Below, in pieces: positions 44,084-55,174 of a stretch of DNA of 64,000 bases. Origin of the DNA: Hyaloraphidium curvatum SAG 235-1 (taxonomy: Eukaryota; Fungi; Monoblepharomycota); the NCBI GenBank assembly GCA_025558095.1, contig JAIVFI010000043.1:379877-443876 (forward strand), given 5' to 3'. The notes under the pieces are model-generated. The model searched no databases. It was not told the origin of the DNA and saw only the letters and a program-made list of their open reading frames with translations. The position numbers were made by a program, and so were the translations under genes. Each line of letters begins with the position of its first letter. Position 1 is the stretch's first letter.

Positions 44084-45736
44084 ATGACCCCGAAGGCCCT
44101 GCGCCGGTCGCGCCGGGTCCTCTCCGTCCTCGCCGTCGGACTCGGGTGCTTCTCGCTTCTAGGCCGGCCCGCCCCGGAGCCGCCCCCGCCGCCGCCCGAG
44201 CCGTGCCTGATTTTCGCACGCTGGCCCGGCGCCAAAATGCATTCGAACCAGGCGCTGTTCACGTCGCGGGCCGCGGGGCTGGCGCGGGCGCTGGGCTGCC
44301 GGCTTCTGCCGCCGCTGCTTTCGATGGGTTCCGGCGGCTGGGCGGATTACTCGATCCCCCTGGCCGAGTTCTTCGAGCCTTCGCGGCTTTTTGTGGACAT
44401 GGCCAACGCCGAAGACGCGGCGTTCGTGGCTCGAGCTGTTTCTTGGGCCGCAGGGGAACCCGTCTCCCCTTCCTCGGACCGGGCCGCCATGCGCGTCGCC
44501 CAGAGTGCCAACAAACGCCCGCTGGACGTGCCGTGTCTTGTCGACCGCCTTTCTCTGATCGACCCGCGGTTTTCCGGCGGGATGCCGGCTTTCCGTTGCT
44601 CCGCTAGGCTGTTGCTCGAGCCTTGGGCGACCCACGCGCCCCACGCGGCGGACAATCCCTCGGCCCGGCCCTCTCGGGAGCTGATCACCTTCCGCAGGGA
44701 GTTTGGCGGCGGGCTGGTCGGCGTGCCCGACCTCGTTGGTCTCAACGTCAGCTGCGCCACCGAGATCCGCGGCAGCGCCGAGATGCCTCCCCGGCAGGAG
44801 CTGCTCCGCGCGGCCAAGTTCGCCCTGTGGAAGTTCGTACTGGGCCGTGAGGATCCCTCGGACGCCGAGCGCCTGCTCGAGGCGTGGGGCGGCGCGCCTC
44901 CCGTGAGCTCCCTTGCCTACGCGAGGTACCCGGACCCCGCCCCGGCGCTCGTCACGGCGCACCTCCGCTCCGGGTTCAACCACCAGCAGTATTGCTACGC
45001 CCGCATGCGGTTCCCGCTCTGCGCCACCAGCGACGCCCTCTCCGCGCAACACCTGGCCCCGCTGCTGTCGGGCTGCGGATCGCAAGTGGTGGCTTTGCTG
45101 GCCGGGGATACCCTGACGGGAGCCTTCGGCAAGTCATCGCTCCCCTCCCTCCTCCCGCCTCTTCTCGAGCGCCCGCACCCCAGGATAGTCTACACGCGGG
45201 ATCTCGCCCGCGCGTACCTCGCCGCCCTGCGGCACCCCTCCCTCAACTTCACCCACCACCGCACGACGACCTGGATCAACTACTACGGGACCAACGCGGA
45301 GAACGCCTACTACTCCCTCGCCGCGATCCTCATCGACCAGGTGCTCCTGGCCTGCGGCTCCGCGGTGCCGGGGGGGGCCTATTTCCGGACCCACATGTCC
45401 ACCTTCTCCTGGCGCGCCGCGATCCTCGGCTCCGACGTCCTCTCGGCGGTGTGCCTCCCCTCCGGCACCCGCCTCCCCACGTCCTTCGACGCCGCCTCCA
45501 CCGCCGCCGACGCGGACGCCGAGCTCCACGCGTTCGCAGAGGCGGGCGTGGACCTCGCCGCGGAGCACAAGGCGCCCCCGGGCAACGTCACCAGGCGGAC
45601 CATGGGCCCCGGGGCCTGGCATGTCGGGTGCACGGCGACGGGGAGGTTCCTCCCGAGCCTGCCGTTCGAGGATCGGAGGAGGGGGGATCCCAAGGGGGCC
45701 GGCAAGTGCTCGTCCTGCGGGGACTCGAGGTGGTAG
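44084..45736 (+). CDS. Type II membrane glycosyltransferase, O-fucosyltransferase-like, intronless
   Basis: N-terminal basic residues, TM and Pro stem; SNQ, TAHLR, IDQVLL..YF...STFSW motifs of GDP-fucose transferases. Confidence 0.6.
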   Translation: MTPKALRRSRRVLSVLAVGLGCFSLLGRPAPEPPPPPPEPCLIFARWPGAKMHSNQALFTSRAAGLARALGCRLLPPLLSMGSGGWADYSIPLAEFFEPSRLFVDMANAEDAAFVARAVSWAAGEPVSPSSDRAAMRVAQSANKRPLDVPCLVDRLSLIDPRFSGGMPAFRCSARLLLEPWATHAPHAADNPSARPSRELITFRREFGGGLVGVPDLVGLNVSCATEIRGSAEMPPRQELLRAAKFALWKFVLGREDPSDAERLLEAWGGAPPVSSLAYARYPDPAPALVTAHLRSGFNHQQYCYARMRFPLCATSDALSAQHLAPLLSGCGSQVVALLAGDTLTGAFGKSSLPSLLPPLLERPHPRIVYTRDLARAYLAALRHPSLNFTHHRTTTWINYYGTNAENAYYSLAAILIDQVLLACGSAVPGGAYFRTHMSTFSWRAAILGSDVLSAVCLPSGTRLPTSFDAASTAADADAELHAFAEAGVDLAAEHKAPPGNVTRRTMGPGAWHVGCTATGRFLPSLPFEDRRRGDPKGAGKCSSCGDSRW

Positions 45737-45972
45737 GGTGGGCGGATCGCGGGGGATACGCGCCGGCGTCTTCGATGCGACTGCCTACATGTCCGGCGCC
45801 GGATTCCAGCAGCTCTCGGGCACGCTCCAGCTGCTCGACCATCGCCAAAGCCCCGAAGCGACTTCCTCGGTCCAAGCAAGAGCCGGCAATGGGAAGCAAA
45901 AGTTTCCACGAGATCAACGACGACAGTAAACACGGACGCTATGTACAACGACCTTCCTGGTCCGCTGCGGCC

Positions 45973-47760
45973 CTAGGCGACCGCCGCCATCCTCCCCTCC
46001 TCCTCCTCCTCCCTCTCCAGGGCGAGCCCGCGCTCTTGCACCCTGGCCATCTGCTCCGCCTCCCCCCCCAGCTTCTCCAGCATCTGCCCCACCTGCCTCC
46101 ACCTCCTCGCCCCCAGCACGTCCCTCCTCCCGTGCTCCAGGATCTCCCTCCCGATCGCCTGCGCCCGTTCTCTCGTCTGCTCGAAGAACCGCGCGAGGAA
46201 CGGCGGCGTGCTCCCCCCCGTCCCCGCCGCGCGGGACATCCCCCCAACGGGCTGCTCCGCGTAGATCATCCGCAGCACGTAGCTCCCGTGCAGGCACCTG
46301 TGCGACGCCACCGCGCACGCGAGGCGGAGCCTGTGGAACGCAGATACCTCCCAGCTGCCGGCCATCCTCGGATCGCTCCGCGGGTCGATCAGGTGCGGCC
46401 GCGCGCGCACCGTCTCCGACAGGTCGGCGAGCATCCCCAGGTGCACCGCCGGCCGGGTCAGCAGGTCGAACGCCCTCTGCATCGAATCGATCGGGTCGCC
46501 GCCCATCCCCCCGGCGTCCTCCTCCCCAGCCACCACCCGTGCGATCCGCTCCCTCCCCTCCGCGTCGGGCTCGTACGCCGCGCGCGAGCCCGCGACGCCG
46601 GCGAGCACGTCGAACCACTTGAACATGGTCGAGTTGGCCCCCGTCTGCCCGAACTCGCGGTCCACGAAGCACCCCCTGCGCCCCTTCCAGGTGTCGGCGC
46701 CGCACCCCTCGTAGAACACGCCGTGGGGCGGGTACACGGTGCCGCACGCCCCGCGGACGCCCTTGATCGGCAGCCTCACGGCGGGGTACGAAGCGGCGGG
46801 GGTGCCGCGCATCATGGTGGCAAACACCCTGTGTGCGCGCTCGGCAGCCGACGCGACGGCGTCCCACCCGGCCTCGATCTCCGCCAAAGTGGCCCCGGGG
46901 CGGGAGAGGGAGGAGAAGGCGGCGACGGCGGGGGGCATCTGCAGCTCCATGAGGGTGTGGTTGAACCGGAAGTTGTGCTCGGGGGTGCCCCCCGCGACGT
47001 CGAGGAAGCCGACGGGGGTGCGGGTGCGCGCGACAAAGGCGAGGATCGAGGCCGGGTCGGAGTAGTCCACCTCGGCGGCGTGGGAGGGGAAGGCGGCGGC
47101 CTTGAGCGTGTAGTCGTCGTAGACGAACTCGATCTGCCGGCGGCCCAGTGCGGCGTTGGACGCGTGCGCGAGCGCGGAAAGGGGGTACGGGACGTAGGGA
47201 TGGGTGTGGCGCTCGCCGTGGAGCTTGCCCTCGAACAGCACACCGCGGATGAGCCACGCGCACCAGAACGCCACGTCCGAGATGGCGTGCGCCTTGTTGT
47301 CCGTGGGGGCGCGGGCAAAGTCCTCCAGGAGGGCGAGGAATCTGGGGAACGCCTGCCGCTTGGGCTCGCCGTGCACCACGCGCCGCCAGACCTCCCTCCG
47401 GAGGCGGTTCCCCGCAAGCAGCCCCGGCCTGCCGTCGGCGAGGCGCACCGCCTGGGCCCCGGCGATCTCGGAGAGCGCCGACCAGGGGGTGCCGGCCAGC
47501 GGCGCCGCGGCGCGGTTCGGCAGGAACCCGGCGGTGTTCCAGACGGCGCGCTGCACGCCCGCCAGCTGCTCGGGCGACCAGCGCCGGCCGAAGATGTCGA
47601 GGGAGAACGACAGGCCGCCGTTCAGGACGGTCGGGTACGCGGGGCCGGGCACCGTGCGGAGGTCGAGCAGGCGGACGGCGCACCGCGCGGGCGGCGTGTG
47701 CAGGCCGCGGCGGGCGGCGGGTGCGCGGGGCAGGGCGGGGCGCAGCGAGCGGGGCAGCAT
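45973..47760 (-). CDS. Indoleamine 2,3-dioxygenase-like heme protein (IDO-gamma type), intronless
   Basis: GQTGANSTMFKWFD, HRCLHGSYVLRMI (proximal His), GTGGST..FL; Arg-rich, acid-free N-terminus. Confidence 0.7.
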   Translation of the reverse strand: MLPRSLRPALPRAPAARRGLHTPPARCAVRLLDLRTVPGPAYPTVLNGGLSFSLDIFGRRWSPEQLAGVQRAVWNTAGFLPNRAAAPLAGTPWSALSEIAGAQAVRLADGRPGLLAGNRLRREVWRRVVHGEPKRQAFPRFLALLEDFARAPTDNKAHAISDVAFWCAWLIRGVLFEGKLHGERHTHPYVPYPLSALAHASNAALGRRQIEFVYDDYTLKAAAFPSHAAEVDYSDPASILAFVARTRTPVGFLDVAGGTPEHNFRFNHTLMELQMPPAVAAFSSLSRPGATLAEIEAGWDAVASAAERAHRVFATMMRGTPAASYPAVRLPIKGVRGACGTVYPPHGVFYEGCGADTWKGRRGCFVDREFGQTGANSTMFKWFDVLAGVAGSRAAYEPDAEGRERIARVVAGEEDAGGMGGDPIDSMQRAFDLLTRPAVHLGMLADLSETVRARPHLIDPRSDPRMAGSWEVSAFHRLRLACAVASHRCLHGSYVLRMIYAEQPVGGMSRAAGTGGSTPPFLARFFEQTRERAQAIGREILEHGRRDVLGARRWRQVGQMLEKLGGEAEQMARVQERGLALEREEEEEGRMAAVA

Positions 47761-48242
47761 GGCGCGGAGGGCAGAGGGCGGGTTGGAGCCGCGGGTGCGC
47801 CCGGAATTCGCGGGTGTTGTGGTCACGCGGCGTGTCTCCCGGTCGTCGACTCACGCAGGCTGTGCAGACCCCCGGTCCCCATCGCTGAGGAGGAGGCACG
47901 TTTGCCATGTCTGCCATGGAGTTGAAAGATGGATACCACTCGTCGTTGGAATGCGAGAAGCGGGGACAGGCGAACAGTAGGGATGCAGGAGCGGCAAGGG
48001 AGGTGGCCTATAGCTGGGGACCCGTTGCGAGAGGGGCACCGGTCCCCAGATTGCGGATTCGGGCGACGGGAACTAGGGCGCGGACGCGGATGCCGGAAGT
48101 GTGTTCCAGCGGATAACCGACAGCCCGTGTCGCGCCCCGGCCACCCGATCGGCGATTTGTAAGCCGCCCGGCGGAACGAGGGCGGGTCCTGGCCGGGTCC
48201 ACTTTCCGGCCGAACACCGGTCTCCACCCATCCGCCACCGCC

Positions 48243-48781
48243 ATGCGACGCGCCCCCGCGCTCTCCGCGCTTCTCCTGCTCCTCGTCCTCGCCGTTGCCC
48301 CCTCCGCCGCGTCGTGGGTGCGCCGCCGCCCGCCCCGCCCGCCCTCACCTCCCGCCCCAATTGCAGCCCCGCCCCGCCCCGCCTAGCCCCGCGAGCCTCC
48401 AACGCCTTCTGCGACGGCACCGGCTCCTCCCGCGACCGCCTCTGCCGCTCCAACGCGGCCTACGGCGAGGCGTGCGACTACTCGACCGGCAAGGCCGTGG
48501 ACGGCACTTCAAGCACCGGCATCTGCATCTGGGGCTGCTGCAACCCCGCGCAGTTCCAGCTCGATTACTGCCGCGACGTTTACGCGCGGGCGTGCACCGC
48601 GGGGACGGGCAAGCTGGCGGTGGTGGGCTCGTCCGGCACGCTGCCGAGGTGCAACCCGTCCACGGGGGCCGTGTCGACGAGCGGAACGTCGACGTGCAGG
48701 GGGCAGAGCGACTGGTTCGGCAAGGCGATGGTGTGGAAGGGGATGACGGCTGGGTGCTGCAAGGTGCCGGGGCAGGCCTGA
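48243..48781 (+). CDS. Small secreted Cys-rich protein
   Basis: Signal peptide MRRAPALSALLLLLVLAVAP; probable intron about 48311-48366; about 12 Cys in ~135 aa. Confidence 0.65.
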
Positions 48782-49499
48782 CGACTGGGGCAAGGTGGCC
48801 GCGGGGGCGAGGTGACTGCGGGGGGCGAGGGACCCGGGATCCCACTACCCAGGGACCGCGGGGACAAGCGCGGCATTCCGGACCGGGCGCACAAACTACA
48901 ACCGGTGTGCAACGTAACGGATTCCTGCCCTTTCCCGTCCGCGTTCCCGTGCCGGGGTCGCCCCAGGGTGGCGAAAGGGCTGGAGGTGGCAACTCCCCGT
49001 CTCTTGCGGCTGGGCGAAGGGCAGCCAACTTGACCTTCCATGCCCGGCTGCGCCTTGCCCACCTTCCTTGCGGAAACCGCGCGACGGCAGTTGCCGTTGG
49101 CGGCACCGTCCAACGCCTGATTGGCCCAGTGATACGGCACCGACCGGGGCTGCGTGCCTCGATGAGCATTAGATCGTCGAAGCCGGATTCGGTACATTGA
49201 TTCGGTAGCACGATGAGCAGCGGCGTGAGACCGAGCTCGCTGCAGAAGCGTGAATCGGAGCGCCGAAAGCTGTGCCCCACTTCAAACTGACGTCGCACCC
49301 CGGATGAGACGGCGAGGATCGCCGGAGAAGGGAGATCGCGCACGGATTAGCAGTGCAAGGGCGCCTAGGGTCAGAAGTGTGGTTGCGCTCTTTTTTTCCT
49401 GCTCCGCCTCGGCCCTCCGCCAAACGCCGGACCCTTCTCCGAAACACCGCAACAATGAGCTCCCCCCGCCGCCCGCGCCCTCCGTGCCCCGCGGCGACG

Positions 49500-52016
49500 A
49501 TGCGATCTTTTGCCACCTTGTCCGCCGCGGCTGCCGCGCTGGCCCTCGCGGCGCTGCTCGCCTGTGCGGGCGTCCCCCTCGCGGCCGCCGGCCCCGTGCG
49601 CCGGCAGCTGACGCCGGACTGGGCCGCCGATCTCTCCGCCGGTTCCGCCGCGGCACGCCAGCTGCCCGCCGCGCCCTCGGCCGCCTCGACGCCGTGCGCG
49701 GCGCTGCCCGTCGCGGCGGACTGGCGGTGCGGCCCGGACTTTGGCGCGCGCTGCCCCGACGGCCTGTGCTGCTCGCGCTTCGGCTGGTGCCAGGACAACG
49801 GCGGCGATTCCGATCCTCGGTGGTGCGGCGACGGCTGCCAGCTCGGGTACGGCAAGTGCCTGTTCCCGGCGGGCTCCCCCGTCCCGGACGCCGTGTGCCC
49901 GACCGCCTCGGCAAGGGCGCCGCCGACCACCGTGTCGGCCTCGACGACGGTTTACGCAGCCTGCACCACGGTCCCCGAGGCGGCGGACGGCCGCTGCGGG
50001 GCCGAGTTTGGCCGGCGGTGCCCGGACGGCCTGTGCTGCTCCCAGTTTGGGTACTGTCAAGGTGCGTTGGACCCCTCCCGGCCGATGATCTGCGAGCTCA
50101 CCGGCATGATCTTCCAGACGACGGCAGCGACTCCGGGGCAGCCTGGTGCGGCGACGGCTGCCAGCTCGGCTTCGGCAAATGCTTCCTGCGCCCCGCCCCG
50201 CCCCGCTTCTCCTGCCCCACGCCGCGGCCCGACCCCACGCCGACCTACCAGCTGACCACCATGTCGTCGTCGACGCCGGTCTACATGGCGTGCCCGGATC
50301 TGCCCGTGACCGAGGACGTGCGCTGCGGACCCCAGGCCGGCAGGCGCTGCCCCGGCAACCTGTGCTGCTCGCAGTGGGGATTCTGCCAAGGTGCGTCGCC
50401 GCTCCGCCCCGTGCATCTGCCTGCCTGCTCATCTTCTGCTGCATGCTGCAGACGACGGCGGCGACTCTGGCGAGCCCTGGTGCGGCGCCGGTTGCGAGCT
50501 CGGCTGGGGCAAGTGCTTCCTCGGTACCGCGCCCTTTGCCTCGGATTTCGCATGCCCCACGCCGACCTCGGACGGCCCGCCGCCGACGTACCAGCTCACC
50601 TACGTGTCGGCCGCGACGCCCGTGTACATGGCCTGCCCGACGCTGGCGGTATCGACCGACGGGCGGTGCGGGGAGGGGTTTGGGACGAGGTGCAGGGACG
50701 GGTACTGCTGTTCGCAGTGGGGATGGTGGGTAAATGCACCGCCGGGCTACCCAGCATCCGCTGACTTTGCTTTTGCCGGCTTCAGGTGCCAGGACAATGG
50801 GGGCGACTCGGGCTACTCGTGGTGCGGCGAGGGATGCCAGCTCGGCTTCGGCAAGTGCTTCGTCGGGTCGGCGCCGCTCTCGACCGCCTTTTCGTGTTCG
50901 GCGAGTCCCACGGCGGTGCCCGAGACTGGCGTGCCGACGCCCCCGCCCGCTTCGACCTCGGAGGTAACACCGACGAGCACGGCCGCACTGCCGACCACCG
51001 AGACCTCGGCAACCGCTGCCTCGACCACGGTCGCACAGCCAACTACAACCGCCACCCCCGCGCCGTACGTCGGCCTGCGCATGACGGCCGACTGCCCCTC
51101 GGGCACCTTCCGCGTGCGCAACGGCAACGCCTTCTCTGTGCCCTACAGATGGGACGTCTTTGGCGGCTCCCTGAACGGCAGCGGCGTCGCGGCACCCGGC
51201 ACGACGATGGGCGCGATCGACGTGCGCCCGCTGACTGGGGTCACGGTGCGGCTGTTCGTGAACGGGACGGTGCTGCAGGATACCAAGGCTCAGAAGCCGG
51301 CGTCGGACTGCCCCGCGGATACCACGGCTGCGGGGCCGACCAACACCGGGGCGGCATCGACAATCGTGCCGCCGGCCACGTCTTCCGTCACTCGTCCGGC
51401 CAGCACAACCGCTCAGCAGCCGGGAACGACGACGCGAACGACAGCCACCTCCACGCCCGTCGACACGATCCGCCAGGCCCTCACCTCGCAGACCCTGCCG
51501 TGCCCGGCCTTCTCCCTCGGCTCCGGCCTGTCGACGAACCCCATGTTCCCCTTCATCAGCAACCTCGCCTGCGACTCACCCCTCGCCACCCTGCGCTTCT
51601 GGAACGCCACCGCGTTCCCCCTCAACTTCGGCGGCTGCAACTCCCAGGGCCGCTTCGACGTGCTCGCCTTGAACGGCACCTTCGTCCCCGCCCCCGACCG
51701 CTCGCAGATCGCCTTCCCCGCGGGCGTCGACCCCTCCGCCCCGCAGCTGGACATGGACTTTTACGTCACGGGTACCTCCCTGCAGCGCCGCAACTGCGGC
51801 ACCGAAGCGCAGGGCAGCACCCAGGCGCCGTCGTTCTACGCCTCCGCGCTCCGGGGGCGTGTGCTCCGGCTGCAGGTCTCGTGCGCAAACGGGGCCTACG
51901 CGGGCCCGCTGTACTTTGCCTGGTCGGACCCGCAGTACTACGGAAGGCAGAACTCGACGATGGTGCAGCTGTTCAACTGCCTGGGCGGAAAGGTGGCCGG
52001 GGTCACCACGCCGTGA
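49500..52016 (+). CDS. Secreted protein: 4x CBM18 (hevein-like chitin-binding), small beta domain and unknown C-terminal domain
   Basis: Four RCG..FG..CP...CCS..GWC..WCG.GCQ.G.GKC repeats; introns 50062-50117, 50391-50451, 50726-50785; P/T linkers; LQRRNCGTEAQGSTQAP. Confidence 0.85.
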
Positions 52017-52087
52017 TCGGCGCCTCTGTGAGCGGGGCTGGCGGATCGGGACGGGGACGGCAGGGTGCCATCGCAGTCATGGGGCTT

Positions 52088-52286
52088 TCAGTAGATAGAT
52101 GTGAGCTTTTGTCGCACCATCTTTGTCTTTGACCAATTCACCGCGCTCGAATCGCAATCGGCCCCGCCTGCCCAGGTCACCTTGACAGTCCTGGTCGTCT
52201 TGCCGTTACCTTTCCCACGCAGCGACGGCGCCGACGCCGGCCAGGAGCAGCGCCGCGACTGCGGAGAGCGCGGCGCGGCCCGACAT
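52088..52286 (-). pseudogene. Possible remnant of a secreted-protein gene
   Basis: Signal-peptide-like MSGRAALSAVAALLLAGVGAVAA followed immediately by a stop or frame change. Confidence 0.25.
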
Positions 52287-52868
52287 GATTCCCGGCGCGG
52301 ACAGATTGCGGCAGACGGGGCGCGGCGCTCTCCTCCGCGGCCCGGCGGCGGCGTGCTCCAAAGCGGCAAAGTCGCTTGTGGGAGGACGGTGCTGCAGAAA
52401 GGAATCGCACTCGGGGTCGGCGCCTCCGCGGGTCCAGTACACTGCCAGCGTAGACACGGCGTTGGCGACTAGCTCCGGATCGGCGGGGGTAGTCTGACAG
52501 GAGACTATGACCCTAACTCATGGAAAGTGTAATCCAGGCGAGAGATGCGTGCCAATGTGCGATGACTTCGCGATGTGGGAACCGGCGGAGCCGGGCACGT
52601 GATTCCGCAAAGAGATCGACGAGGACGAGCTATAGCTTCCGCCGACCATCGAGGCATCGCCCGGACCGGCGACAATACTGCGCTCCGTTACGATTCAATC
52701 GCCTCTTTTCTCTACCCGCCGCGGTATCGGCACTCCAAAACGGCGTCATCAGAGCGGCCGAGGTCATCGGGGCTGGTGCACCCCTCCTTGCTCGCTTTCG
52801 CGCCCTTGGAACCGCACCCCTTCCCGCCCGCATCGCCACCCTCCCCGCCCTCCCGCCCCGCCGCTGCG

Positions 52869-53607
52869 ATGAGCTACCCCGGCGAGACCGCCAGCCCGGT
52901 CTCGGGCGTCATCGACGTGCCCCTCGGTGCGCGCGCCGCGCCGCCGGCCGGCAATCTCTGACGGGTCCCGGGGCAGACAACAAGCAGTACGAGGTGTCGG
53001 CGCCGCCGTCGGGCGGCGCAACGATCTTCTGGAAGGTCGCGGACCCGATTGCACTCGCGCTCTTCACCGTCGGCGTCATCCTGAGCTGGGTCTACATCCC
53101 GAGGTGGGCCGGCCGGAATCGCCGCGAGATGCCGGCGCTCACACGCGACCGACAGCATCCAGACCGTCTGCTGCGGTCTCGCCAACCTGTATGTCCTCCG
53201 CCCGGACCGCGACGGCCCGCGATTGACCCGACCCCGACCCCGCCCACCCGTCCGCAATGCCTCCCCGCCCTCGCTACCCCCTCCCGCCCCATTCGCCGCC
53301 CAACAGCGCCCTTCTCGGCCTCGTCGTCGCGCTCACCTTCAAAGCCCTCCCCTTCTTCACCTCGCAGCTCCCCGCGGCCAACCACACCGTCGGCCGCGGC
53401 GTGATCTTCGTCTACATGGGCTGCTTCGCGTGCCTCGGAAACGGAGGGCTGGCGCTGGGGATGGGGCTGCCGGTGGTGCTTTACGGGCTGTTTTACGTGC
53501 TGACCAAGTACATCAACGTGCCCGGTGGGTGGTTTCCGGCTCGGGCGGGGCCGGCGATTGGTGACGGGGTTCGTTCGCGGCAGCGCTGGTCTGGGCGCCT
53601 GCCTAGG
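52869..53607 (+). CDS. Small multi-pass membrane protein, TVP15/COPI-associated-like, several short exons
   Basis: Hydrophobic exons; GRGVIFVYMG resembles the TVP15 GRGxFYxFxG motif. Confidence 0.45.
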
Positions 53608-53975
53608 CAGGACTGTGTGAGGGTGTCCGGCTCGAGCGAAGTGTCCGCGTTGGATACTGGGGTTATTTCCGGCATGGCGGGTCTGGGCGCCGACGTAGGC
53701 CGGCCTATGTGTGGTGTGGGGTGATCAGAGGGACGTAGCTGTCTCCCCGTGGTGGACTTCCTCCCCCTTGTGCTGATCTCATCGGCGTCCTCTCGGTGTT
53801 TGGGGACGGCGCTCGGGCCCGACGCCGGGCCCGGAACCCGGTCGGCCTTGCTGGGTCCGCCGCGAGAACCCGGCCGCACTGCGCCACAATCCTCGGGGCC
53901 AGCCTCCCAAGCCCCGTGCCGACCCGACAACAAAAGCGCGCCCGGAAAGGCAACCGCCGCCCAACCGACACCGCC

Positions 53976-54972
53976 ATGTCCCGCGCAATCACCCTCGCCG
54001 TCGCGCTCGCGCTGCTGCTCGCCCCCGGCGCGCCCGCCGCGCCGTTCCCCAACAGCAAGGGCGTCGGGCGGCCGCGCTACGTGCCGTACACGCTCGGCGG
54101 CAGGCGGCTCGAGGACGTGTCCGCCGGCTGCGCGGCCGCCGCCAACGCCACCGGCCCCGTCGCGGAGCGCTGCGTCGCAACGGAGATGGGGAAGATCTTC
54201 CTCGCCGGGTTCGACAGCACGACGTGCTCGACGGGCTGCGCGAGCGCGGTCACCTCGTACTGGGACGGCCTCACCGCCGCCTGCGGTTCCGAGGTGGGCC
54301 TCCCGTGACTTTGTTCCTTCAAAAGTGGTCGCTAACCCCGCCCTTCCACGCCAGACGCTCGTGTCCATCGTGGCCCGCAACGCCTCGCTGTCGCGGAACC
54401 TGAGCGCCGCCGACCTCGCGCCCTCCAACCTGCTCGGCCGGGCGCTGTTCTGCGCCAAGGACGCCTCGGGAGCGTCGTGTATCCCCGGCGTGGAGTACAT
54501 CAGGTCGGCGCCCAAGGGGGCGGGCTTCAACGAGACCCGCTGCAAGGAGGTGAGCATCACCGGTTGCGCCTTCGCCGGTCCGATTTCTGACCTCCCCCCC
54601 ATCCAGTGTGCCGCCGCCGCCCTCGCTGCCGTCGACACCGTCGCCGGCGCCTACCCGTCGGCGACCTACTTCACGGGCAACTTCTTCCGCGCCGCCTCGT
54701 GGGCCGACGTCCGCGCCGAGCTCTCGGGCCGCTGCGCGCGCACCGCCGCCGCCGCCTCGAGCCGCTCCGCCGCCTGGGCGTCCAAGACCGTCTCCAAGGG
54801 CGCCAAGGGGACCAAGGGCGTCAAGGCCGTCGACCCCGTCAAGACCAAGGCGGGCGGGACCAAGACGGCCGGGACAAAGTTCCTCGCCAAGGCGACCAGG
54901 TCGGCCAAGTCCGCCAGGGCCAAGGGCACCAACAAGGCCTTTGCCACCCTGGTCGCCAAGAAGGCGCTCTGA
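53976..54972 (+). CDS. Secreted Cys-rich protein with Lys/Thr/Ala-rich basic tail
   Basis: Signal peptide MSRAITLAVALALLLAPG; one intron about 54294-54354; spaced Cys; very basic C-terminus. Confidence 0.7.
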
Positions 54973-55174
54973 GGGGGCGCACGTTGGACGGCCGCGGCCG
55001 ATACCCGGATCCAAAAGCATACCTCTTTGTCGTCTGGACCTGCCATTTATGAATTAGATCCCGGGCTGCAGCCTTGACTCGAACAACTCCGCTTCCCATT
55101 ACCCCGCAATACGTTACGTTGCCCCTACGTCCCTGGTCTAGTCCGTCTCTCTACGTCTCGGGGCCCGCATAGCC

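Noticed and set aside
44884-47925. 1013-aa + strand ORF
   Set aside because: R/P/G/A-rich shadow frame overlapping the FucT-like and antisense IDO-like genes; expected in very GC-rich DNA
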